64,000 bases of DNA from a virus. Its lineage: Duplodnaviria; Caudoviricetes. A program made the translations under genes and the position numbers. How positions within the stretch are numbered: the first letter of the stretch is position 1; each line of letters begins with the position of its first letter. Under the pieces are notes generated by a model. The model was not told the origin of the DNA. It made no database searches and saw only the letters and a program-made list of their open reading frames with translations. Location of the stretch: the IMG/VR virus record IMGVR_UViG_3300014204_000145, positions 1-64,000 of that record; one strand, given 5' to 3'. Below are positions 48,161 through 56,037 of the stretch, piece after piece.

Positions 48161-48392
48161 TATTAGATTTTAAAAATAAGTTACTGATGATAAACATCTA
48201 TATAAAACTAATCTTTTCGCACGTAAGTTCACCAAAAGATGGTTGAGTACCCGACAGTGTACTAGGTTCCGATGCGCAGTAATGTGTCTTATCTATCTTG
48301 TTTTATATTAACACCAACCAATATTCTATGCTTCTCAATCAATTGAAGCCATCCTGTTTAAGAACTTGGTTCAGTAACTTATTAGATTTTAA
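48161..48392. repeat. Unit with 13-bp inverted repeats and 13-bp flanking direct repeats
   Basis: IR AATAAGTTACTGA 48175-48187 / 48371-48383; DR TATTAGATTTTAA 48161-48173 / 48380-48392. Confidence 0.55.
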
Positions 48393-48394
48393 TG

Positions 48395-48467
48395 CAGCAA
48401 AGGCTGGACTTGAACCAACAACCTCCTGCAGGCCGTGCAGGTACTCCGCCAATTGAGCTTCTTTGCT
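48395..48467 (-). tRNA. tRNA-like element, nominal anticodon GGC (Ala) in an atypical loop
   Basis: AGCAAAG/CTTTGCT acceptor, GCTC/GAGT D-stem, CCTGC-ACGGCCT-GCAGG, GTTGG-TTCAAGT-CCAGC; lacks U33, purine-37 and G3·U70. Confidence 0.7.
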
Positions 48468-48625
48468 TATCATTTATTTTTATTACGTAATTATTATAAA
48501 TGAACTTAACTTCTTCACAAAGTTAAATGTTTTTAAAAACAGCACTCTTCGACTCCTCTGGTTAATGTAACTACTTTGTGCACTTTCATTACAATGGTTT
48601 GCTAAGTATAGGGTGTTGTTATGTT

Positions 48626-48760
48626 TTAATTTTGTTTAGTTTTATGATATTCAATATCTAAACCACATTCATAACAGTATATACCATCATAAATGCTTTG
48701 ACAATTTGGACATATATGTATAAAATTGCCTTCTATTTGGTCTAATAAATCTTCATCCAT
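48626..48760 (-). CDS. Small zinc-finger protein (44 aa), below track threshold
   Basis: CPNC…CYEC; TAATG-coupled to the upstream ORF. Confidence 0.55.
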   Translation of the reverse strand: MDEDLLDQIEGNFIHICPNCQSIYDGIYCYECGLDIEYHKTKQN

Positions 48761-48933
48761 TATTCTAATTCTATAGGTTCATCTAACCATGTTAATTGTT
48801 TTCCTATAAGTTTTAGTGATGTCCCTTTAGGTACATTTATATGAAAACTCATATCCCATAATCCTGGGCCTCTACGAGGTAAAGTATCATAAATATATTC
48901 ATCACCATCCTCGTCAACTGCTATAAACGACAT
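48760..48933 (-). CDS. Small Bacteroidota-phage protein (57 aa), below track threshold
   Basis: MSFIAVDEDGDEYIY…PKGT…IGKQLTWLDEPIEL pattern. Confidence 0.65.
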   Translation of the reverse strand: MSFIAVDEDGDEYIYDTLPRRGPGLWDMSFHINVPKGTSLKLIGKQLTWLDEPIELE

Positions 48934-48952
48934 AATTTTATGTTTTAATTGA

Positions 48953-49240
48953 TTAATAAATATCTCTTCTATGAGATTTGCTTACTTTTTGCATTCTGTG
49001 TTGAGGCTTATTGTATTTATCAGAACTAAATTCTATTCTTAATTCTGTTTCTGTATCGCACCTAAATACTATTTTACCCACATCACCTTCTCTTATTACA
49101 AATCTACCAAGTTTAGAATGGTGTTGACAATAATGCTTTCCATTAATAATATGTACAGCATCTTTATCACAAGTAAATTTTTCTTTATAGCCAGAGGAAC
49201 AACCATAAGGTGTTATTATTTTACTGAATTCACATTCCAT
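48953..49240 (-). CDS. Hypothetical Cys/His-rich protein (95 aa)
   Basis: C…C…C…YCQHH motif. Confidence 0.6.
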   Translation of the reverse strand: MECEFSKIITPYGCSSGYKEKFTCDKDAVHIINGKHYCQHHSKLGRFVIREGDVGKIVFRCDTETELRIEFSSDKYNKPQHRMQKVSKSHRRDIY

Positions 49241-49348
49241 ATTATTAGTAATTTAATTGATTAATAATAAAATAATTAATAATCTGACTCAACATATGAT
49301 AATGTTGTTACCAGATAGTACCCTTTGACAATTAGTGGGTTAGTATTA

Positions 49349-49493
49349 ATTATTATAAGAAAATAATAAACAGTAATCTTTACCTTTTAGAAAGGGATAG
49401 TCGAGGCCTCGTTTTGAATAAGTATACACTTAAACTTCGAAATTTAGTCGGCTTCTCCAAGAGCTATACTTTACTGTTTATTATTATAAGAAA
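49349..49493. repeat. Second unit with 15-bp inverted repeats and 14-bp flanking direct repeats
   Basis: IR AATAATAAACAGTAA 49362-49376 / 49471-49485; DR ATTATTATAAGAAA 49349-49362 / 49480-49493. Confidence 0.55.
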
Positions 49494-49607
49494 GTAACAA
49501 GTAAGGATATTTTTTTACAGTCTTCCCGAGTAACTGTTTTACATTGGCGGTTAACTCCAAAAACTAACCTTATCAGTGAAAGTACTCACTTGTCACTATA
49601 TTTTAAA

Positions 49608-49702
49608 AATGGTGGTAATAGCTTCAGCACTTCTGCTCTGAACCCTTTTAAGTTTAAAGTGCAGTTCGGGATACTGCATTACAGTTTTTCATTACCACCA
49701 TT
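49608..49702. ncRNA. Candidate structured RNA closed by a 12-bp perfect stem
   Basis: AATGGTGGTAAT / ATTACCACCATT enclosing an internal TGCAGT…ACTGCA hairpin. Confidence 0.45.
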
Positions 49703-49883
49703 ATTGATAAGTACATGTTTGTTTATAAATTCTTCGCATTAATATCTTGCGTGAATAACCAGGAATTGACTTTTGGTAGACTTCCTGAACTTTCTTCTAC
49801 CTACATGGACTATATTTTAAAGGAGCTACTCAACGGAACTTTATACTTATCATAATTCTTATCGCTGTGTTATCTTCACTCCT

Positions 49884-50630
49884 TTATTTCTTTCTATTAT
49901 TTTCAAACCAAGTGTTAAATCTTTTTAACCATTCTGCTTCATTCTCTTCATCATCATTACAAGGTTCATAATAAGTTTCAGGATAAGTTATATCTTTACA
50001 ACATTGCAATAACATCTTTCTAACTTCATCTTCGGTATAAGTAATTTGTTTTTGAGTTATAATAATACCCCTATCTTTAACTAATAAATCTTGTTCTACA
50101 ATTGTTACAAATCCGTTTGTTAGTTTAATTTTACCAACATTATGGTGTTGTAATCCTTTACCACCAATTTGCCCTGTTGGTATAAATCCACCACTAATAA
50201 CAGTTGTATGTTCTCTAGCAACTTCAACATCCTCAAACTTACCACTTGCATTATATTGTTCAATTGCTTTTTGAATATCTTCTGGGGATATTTGGTCTTG
50301 AGTTGCTATGATTTTTTTGAACCTGTTAATGCCTTGAATAGTGTGTACCTTACCATCTATAGGGTTTAAAAATGTTATAGCATCATCGTGAATTTTTTCA
50401 ACAATTATGATATTATTACCAAAATAAAGTTTATCTGCAACTTCAATCTTTTCTTCTGGGGCAAGAGATACGAGTATCAATTCCATTGCTATAGTAGGAG
50501 TCTTGATGTTGGAGTCATAATAACCTATTTTACCGTTTGACACTATAGAGTGTTTTAATATACAAGGATAAGCTCTATCCTCATTATCTTTTGTCTCAAC
50601 CAATATAGGTCTTACTTTAATTGTTTTCAT
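49884..50630 (-). CDS. Bacteroidota-phage hypothetical protein (248 aa)
   Basis: KIIATQD and YTEDEV motifs; ORF in string. Confidence 0.65.
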   Translation of the reverse strand: MKTIKVRPILVETKDNEDRAYPCILKHSIVSNGKIGYYDSNIKTPTIAMELILVSLAPEEKIEVADKLYFGNNIIIVEKIHDDAITFLNPIDGKVHTIQGINRFKKIIATQDQISPEDIQKAIEQYNASGKFEDVEVAREHTTVISGGFIPTGQIGGKGLQHHNVGKIKLTNGFVTIVEQDLLVKDRGIIITQKQITYTEDEVRKMLLQCCKDITYPETYYEPCNDDEENEAEWLKRFNTWFENNRKK

Positions 50631-50989
50631 TAGATTAAATTATTTAAAGTGTATAATATCGCTTCATTGCAGGCTTCTGTTGGTGTGTCTAATTGGGGAT
50701 GTGATTTAGCTAATTGGGTGGTTGAATCAGTTTTTTGGATATCATATTCATATCTTTTAGGGTATAGCATTACTACACTTATCCAAATCCCATGTTTCTC
50801 ATATATCCACATCACAACTTCTGCTATTGTTGGGGCATCGTAATAATCAAAGTATTTTGTGCATTGTAAGGAAGGGAATTCGGAATCGTATCTTAATTCA
50901 CCATCTATATTGTAATAATCACAAGATTCATTATCAAAACCCTTCTCTTTTAATAGTTTTGCTATTTCAAATGTTACTGTTGTATTCAT
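50630..50989 (-). CDS. Hypothetical protein, paralogue of 36773-37228
   Basis: AKLLKEKGFD…APTIAEVVMWIYEKHGI…EACNEAI. Confidence 0.7.
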   Translation of the reverse strand: MNTTVTFEIAKLLKEKGFDNESCDYYNIDGELRYDSEFPSLQCTKYFDYYDAPTIAEVVMWIYEKHGIWISVVMLYPKRYEYDIQKTDSTTQLAKSHPQLDTPTEACNEAILYTLNNLI

Positions 50990-51029
50990 ATTATATAAGT
51001 TTAGTTAATTTAAAGTTAAAAACTCTTAT

Positions 51030-51420
51030 TTTATGTAACTACTCCTTTGGTTGACTACCACTAAGCATTTATAACCTCCATGTGTATTTTGGGTAGCATA
51101 GATGTCAAGTACAATACAGTATTTTCGTGTTAATAAAATAAGAGTTATATTATTACAATATTCTGTCTTCACTTTGGGTTCCTCATCAACGAATGTGATG
51201 TGAGCCTCCATATGGACTACCACCAAAGGATTGAACAGTTTTAATTGTAATGATTATAGTATTATGTGTCTGCTATTAAAGTCGCAGATTCGTTTCAAGC
51301 TATCACATATTTCACTTCGATGACTGGTTACATCTACATTTAATAAGGCATCTCACCTCTTTACACTGACGGTTACAGTCACCTTACATATTTCTACTAA
51401 GGCAGGTTTAAGACTTTTTA
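51030..51420 (-). ncRNA. Candidate large structured ncRNA
   Basis: TCCTTTGGT/ACCAAAGGA (51043-51051, 51222-51230) closes a domain with duplicated GTGGTAGTC and ATGGAGG motifs; further hairpins to ~51420; raised GC. Confidence 0.45.
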
Positions 51421-51543
51421 GTGTGGCTGTTTCATAAAAACTAGCTTAAATATTTTTCTTTATAAATTATTAACAAAAGCACATTAACCGTTATGTTACA
51501 AACTGATAAATGCTGACTCTATATCTTTTTTGTTAATATATCG

Positions 51544-51837
51544 TTAATGTTTATAATAATAAGTTTTACCTGATAATCCTTCTGTTAATGAACTGTCTAT
51601 TAATATTGTATCATTACACCTATTAATTTCATATTCATAGATTTTATTAGTTGGAGCAGGTTTGATGTTAACATCACTATAAACAATATCTGTTAATATT
51701 ATAATTACTATACACAGTATTGTAATTATAATACATAATACTCCAGATAATATTTCTGTGTCCAAAAGTAATAATATTCCAAACATTAGTGTAAAAGCAG
51801 CCCCTAATAATAAGAAGCATATAAAAAATATTTCCAT
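51544..51837 (-). CDS. Two-TM membrane protein
   Basis: Two long hydrophobic N-terminal segments. Confidence 0.65.
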   Translation of the reverse strand: MEIFFICFLLLGAAFTLMFGILLLLDTEILSGVLCIIITILCIVIIILTDIVYSDVNIKPAPTNKIYEYEINRCNDTILIDSSLTEGLSGKTYYYKH

Positions 51838-51841
51838 AATT

Positions 51842-52135
51842 TTATTTATTAGGTATTAATTCTGCACTTGCTGAAGAATATACTGTAGAGTCATTACCAT
51901 ATGTTATTATAGTGATTCTATCTCTAAGCATTTTTTCTTTCTCTTTATCAGTTATATCACATATAACTTCTTTATCAGCTCTTGTATTCCATACTGTTAA
52001 AGTATCATATATTGTAGCACCTACAGTATAAGATTTAGTCTTATACATATTTGTTACTTCATAACAGTTTTTAACAAGGTCTCTTTCACAACTGTATCCT
52101 AATACAATTGTAATGAATAGTAATAATTTCCTCAT
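51842..52135 (-). CDS. Putative lipoprotein
   Basis: MRKLLLFITIVLGYSC lipobox-like signal. Confidence 0.65.
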   Translation of the reverse strand: MRKLLLFITIVLGYSCERDLVKNCYEVTNMYKTKSYTVGATIYDTLTVWNTRADKEVICDITDKEKEKMLRDRITIITYGNDSTVYSSASAELIPNK

Positions 52136-52159
52136 AGTTTTATATTTTAGGTTAATAAT

Positions 52160-52497
52160 TTCTTAGGGAAGCAAGGAGTATTGAGGTTACAAATCTCACT
52201 CCTTGCTATTTGCTACTCACTCAGTAGCCAATGTCTTACTGTACATTAGTTTAAACGTAAACTGTTCTCTGTAAGAGGAGCAACTAACCGTGTAGAAGTC
52301 TATACTGGATTTGAACCAGTATCCACATGCATAGGCATATGTTCTAACCAATTGATATAATAGACTGTATTATTAAGCTTTTCACTTATTTGTGAGCACG
52401 CACTCATTTCCTTACAACTAAGTATGTAACACTGTTCGCCCTAATTTTATTTGTGTGAGTGGGCACGATTAGACATAATGATTTGCTTCTCTAAGAA
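52160..52497. ncRNA. Candidate ~340-nt structured RNA enclosing a tRNA-like element
   Basis: TTCTTAGGGAAGCAA (52160-52174) pairs with TTGCTTCTCTAAGAA (52483-52497), 14/15 Watson-Crick; several internal hairpins. Confidence 0.5.
52296..52366 (-). tRNA. tRNA-like element with 4-nt anticodon loop (CTAT)
   Basis: AGTCTAT/ATAGACT acceptor, ACTGG-TTCAAAT-CCAGT T-arm, TATGC-CTAT-GCATG; weak D-stem. Confidence 0.65.
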
Positions 52498-52556
52498 GAC
52501 TTATTAACATTATTTCTTCATAAAACCTCCTGTTAATTTAATTTGTAATTATGCAG

Positions 52557-52629
52557 TAGTCCATGAAGGAATTGAACCTTCGTTTAATGGTGGAAAACCA
52601 TTTATCCTAACGAACTAGATGAATGGGCC
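52557..52629 (-). tRNA. tRNA-Glu(TTC), diverged
   Basis: GGCCCAT/ATGGACT acceptor (one mismatch), AATGG-TTTTCCA-CCATT anticodon arm, GAAGG-TTCAATT-CCTTC; C at 37 and no D-loop GG. Confidence 0.75.
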
Positions 52630-52717
52630 GTGTTACTACTACTTTATAGTAATAGTAATTTATTAGAAAGACTATAATATCATCTATCCTTTGAGATGCT
52701 TACGTAAATAGTATTTC

Positions 52718-53020
52718 TTATTTTTTAATTAGTATTGTGTCTATTGGTACTATTTCATACTTTACAGAATCTGCAGTATTAATAGGTATTTTCTTATAGA
52801 TGATTTCTATTTGTTGCTTACCATTCATATAATCTTTGATGTTATCAAGCTTTCTGTTATCATCATCAATTATTAAATAAGCTAATAATGCTAATAAGAT
52901 TGTGATAGAGCAAATAGAGATACCATAGACATGAGTATCTTCTTGTATGTATCCATATATATTCATTACTACTAAAAGTGCAAATATTACTATGAGCCAA
53001 ACTATTGCAAATGTTGTCAT
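52718..53020 (-). CDS. Two-TM membrane protein
   Basis: Two hydrophobic N-terminal helices. Confidence 0.65.
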   Translation of the reverse strand: MTTFAIVWLIVIFALLVVMNIYGYIQEDTHVYGISICSITILLALLAYLIIDDDNRKLDNIKDYMNGKQQIEIIYKKIPINTADSVKYEIVPIDTILIKK

Positions 53021-53028
53021 AATTTTAA

Positions 53029-53718
53029 TTATTTAAGTTGTAAAGCAATTTCAGTTATTTGTAATAATGCACCATACTTAGGATTAATAAATCCTGTTAA
53101 CATAGATGTAAAATGATAAATAGATAACAGAGATAAGCTAATACATGCTGCTAAATGAGTATACTTAAATATTAAACTTAATGTATTATTACTAGCATCT
53201 GGAGCTATTTGAGGACATGAATATTCTTCTTCTCCTATTTCAACATTAGGTATAGTAAGTTGTGCTCTAGGATGACTTGGTTCATGTTTAGTATAATAAT
53301 TATCATAAGTAGGATTAAGCCCTTCTCCAAATACAGGTCTTTTAAGTGTAATATAACTTATATTCTTAGGATTAGGTTTTAATCTATTATAGAATAGCCA
53401 CCAATTAAATATTGCAGATAGTGTAAGTATTAAATAACATACAGACCATACTAATTGTTGTTTAATTAATATATCCCATACATTTACTGCAGTAGTTTTA
53501 AGACCATTAGATATTGATATAATAGCTTGTTCTATTTTAGGAGTTAAATCCTTAATATCACTATAAGCTGTTTTAACAATATCTTTAGAGTCATTATATA
53601 CTGTAGATACACCTTCTTCAACTTTAGCTGAATGTTTATCTATTTGTTTTGTTGTTTCATTACTATATACTCCTAAGGAGAATAGTATTAATAAGATTGA
53701 TAATATTGTAGTTTTCAT
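53029..53718 (-). CDS. Signal-peptide-bearing membrane protein
   Basis: N-terminal signal, two further hydrophobic segments. Confidence 0.65.
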   Translation of the reverse strand: MKTTILSILLILFSLGVYSNETTKQIDKHSAKVEEGVSTVYNDSKDIVKTAYSDIKDLTPKIEQAIISISNGLKTTAVNVWDILIKQQLVWSVCYLILTLSAIFNWWLFYNRLKPNPKNISYITLKRPVFGEGLNPTYDNYYTKHEPSHPRAQLTIPNVEIGEEEYSCPQIAPDASNNTLSLIFKYTHLAACISLSLLSIYHFTSMLTGFINPKYGALLQITEIALQLK

Positions 53719-53797
53719 GGTTAATTAGTTATTAGTTAGTTTAGGTAATCAAGAGTATTATAAGTAAGTTAGTTTAGGTAGGAGCTTATCTAAATAA

Positions 53798-53827
53798 AGT
53801 AAAGAGTGATATTACTCACTCTTTACT
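53798..53827 (-). terminator. Hairpin/terminator after 53844-54362
   Basis: AGTAAAGAGTGA-TATTAC-TCACTCTTTACT 12-bp perfect stem. Confidence 0.6.
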
Positions 53828-53843
53828 ATATAGATTTTGTTGA

Positions 53844-54362
53844 TTATGCTTCAAATGGAGCTTTTTCAGCAACAGGTTTAGTTGTTTTTTTATCTGCTGT
53901 GAATTCTACCTCAACTGCAGGTATAGATTCTTCATCATCTGCAAACATTGCATCTGATATTTTAGAACCTGCTGAAATAGGAAGAGGATTGTATGAAGTA
54001 ATTAACAAGGCTGTTTCGCTTGTTTTAGTTGTAACTTCTCCTACTACTATTTCGATAACTTCCCCTTTTGAAGGCATATAATCTTTTGAACGAATACCAA
54101 ACGATAATGAATGGTTGGTTGCACCATTGAAATCTCCTTCTTTACAATGTTGTTTGAACTTTGCAAGGTGGAATGCTGTCATAGCATTAACATTACCTAT
54201 TGATGCTTGAATAGAACCGTCTGAGAGTTCTTTATAAGCTTTACCCGTTAAGGCAAGGTACTGAGTATCGTTTGTAACTTTAACTTGATATTTACCTGGT
54301 TTAGTGATAAATACTCTTGATTTTGCAATGCGTTGAGCTTGCTCTAATGTTTCTACTGCCAT
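53844..54362 (-). CDS. Hypothetical protein, possibly OB-fold nucleic-acid binder
   Basis: First gene of the leftward unit; beta-rich core with acidic/flexible tail ending APFEA. Confidence 0.55.
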   Translation of the reverse strand: MAVETLEQAQRIAKSRVFITKPGKYQVKVTNDTQYLALTGKAYKELSDGSIQASIGNVNAMTAFHLAKFKQHCKEGDFNGATNHSLSFGIRSKDYMPSKGEVIEIVVGEVTTKTSETALLITSYNPLPISAGSKISDAMFADDEESIPAVEVEFTADKKTTKPVAEKAPFEA

Positions 54363-54364
54363 AG

Positions 54365-55300
54365 CTGTAATTGTTTTAATGAATTGTTTTTAATGTTTAC
54401 TAAGATGTTTGATTGTTTGAAGATTATTCTAAGATGTCTTCATCATCTTCTGTGTATATGAATACACATTGTCCATTGATTAATAGATGTTCTGCCATTG
54501 TCTTATATGTATATTAATTATTAATATCTCTATATAATAATAGATAGAGATTGATAAATTGATGATGTTATAATCATAAGATTAGGAGCTGTTGGTAGTC
54601 CACCCCTAGCAACACTAAGCATACAACAATTAACTAAAGATTTAGTAAGAAGTTGTTAACATTCTTATTAACAGTTGATAATATATACAAGTCTCATGAG
54701 AAAAGTGACGGTATACATAAACCACGTAAGTCCTTGGGGGCGTTTTGAGGGGGGTCGTCTCTAATTTTGTCCATGCAGATAAAAATTAAAAATATAATTT
54801 TAACCACTAAAAATAAAAATAAAAATTTTATGACTTTCCTGTCCGTATCTTTAGTCTCACTCTAGGATACAGCAGTATCACTAGACAGTTATGACTTCTT
54901 AGGATTAATAGGTTATTAAGAATATAATATATGTTTAAGGGAGCTTATGTGCCCCCTGTCGATTAAGTTGAGAATAAGTAATACCTGAAGATGTGGATAT
55001 CAGTGGGCACTAGAATCGACTAAGCTGATGCACTCTCTAAAGGATTTAATGTATCTGAACCAACAGTAGTTCTTACTGAAGTTTAGCTAGATTAAGGAGA
55101 CTTTAGCTATCCGTGTGTAGGTATAAAAGAAAATACCCTATAGAAAATATGAAACTGCTTACATCTCACTATCCACCGTTAGGGTATTTCTTGTAGGAGT
55201 TACACTCCAAAATATCTTTAAGAAAGATAATGAAGATGTAAGCACTACAAATATATAAACTTTTAGTATATTTGCAACATAAATCTTAATTATTTTTATA
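54365..55300. other. ~0.9-kb non-coding strand-switch region (promoters, structured RNA, candidate origin)
   Basis: No ORF in track; G-rich patch near 54736-54760, A/T tract 54781-54829, multiple perfect stems. Confidence 0.6.
55248..55274. promoter_or_regulatory. Back-to-back divergent -7 elements
   Basis: CAAATATA (55248-55255, minus-strand TATATTTG) and TATATTTG (55267-55274), 11 bp apart, at the switch in gene orientation. Confidence 0.65.
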
Positions 55301-55301
55301 A

Positions 55302-55514
55302 ATGTTTGAACATTTATTTAAAGACAGACATTCAGGATATACAGCACTAGGGAGAGATAGAAACTGTGCTCTAGCTAAAATACAATATAAATGCTATACA
55401 TCTAATGTTTGTATCCCTAATCCTGAAGATATTATTAATATAACTCCCGAGTGGGCTATACCTGAACCTGTAAATGAACCTGTAAAACTCCCTACTATTT
55501 CTTTCTCAATGTAG
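55302..55514 (+). CDS. Hypothetical protein (70 aa)
   Basis: First ORF after the rightward promoter. Confidence 0.5.
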   Translation: MFEHLFKDRHSGYTALGRDRNCALAKIQYKCYTSNVCIPNPEDIINITPEWAIPEPVNEPVKLPTISFSM

Positions 55515-55597
55515 ATAAATACACTTGCAGGAAAACTTTTTACACTTCTAAGTGAAAATAATACACTTCAAAGTGTACACTTTATATTATATTGTAT

Positions 55598-55605
55598 TAT
55601 ATTTG
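55598..55605 (+). promoter_or_regulatory. -7 promoter element TATATTTG
   Basis: Exact TAnnTTTG 28 nt before ATG 55634. Confidence 0.6.
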
Positions 55606-55633
55606 TACTATATTAATTAAATAAATATACAAT

Positions 55634-56026
55634 ATGACACTAATAGACAGAAAAGAAATACCTAAAGAACTTGATTCAGTTTTCCTTCTTGCAGACACTC
55701 TTCAAGAACTTATCCCAAGACTTAATAGAAGAAAAGTATCTCTTCACTATTTAACAGGGCCTGTTTGTATGCAAGGAAAGAGATGGGCTATGCTAGAATT
55801 AAGATATTCTTATACAGCATATGCAATTGATGGTACCCCTATTAATATAACTGAAACATTACTAGCAAGAGAAGTAATGTTAAGACCTTCTCAATTAGAA
55901 CGTATACAACTTGAGAAACTAAATAAAGATTTTATGCATGATATAATGCAATATATATGTCATGATATACCAACTAACGAAGGTGTGTACTTAAAAACAA
56001 CACCTTTTAAAAATATAATTAATTAA
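55634..56026 (+). CDS. Hypothetical protein (130 aa)
   Basis: ORF with promoter and A-rich leader. Confidence 0.6.
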   Translation: MTLIDRKEIPKELDSVFLLADTLQELIPRLNRRKVSLHYLTGPVCMQGKRWAMLELRYSYTAYAIDGTPINITETLLAREVMLRPSQLERIQLEKLNKDFMHDIMQYICHDIPTNEGVYLKTTPFKNIIN

Positions 56027-56037
56027 ACAGTTATAAT

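Noticed and set aside
49807-49818. Second group I intron suggested by AAAATATAGTCC (S-like element)
   Set aside because: No matching R/P7 strand, P or Q elements, and no interrupted gene nearby.
52296-52366. Amber suppressor tRNA (CTA) and TAG recoding as in some crAss-like phages
   Set aside because: CTA sits in a 4-nt loop, not a canonical anticodon loop; long genes are intact in the standard code and TAG ends real genes (e.g. 21884, 23648).
20578-54081. Short plus-strand ORFs within the leftward block (20578, 24519, 27960, 29547, 30321, 31599, 32210, 33226, 34754, 37204, 40040, 47357, 50169, 50649, 50827, 53806)
   Set aside because: Antisense shadows of well-supported minus-strand genes.
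44000-55300. CRISPR array among the non-coding repeats
   Set aside because: No regularly spaced identical repeats with unique spacers; the repeats are inverted or occur only as pairs.
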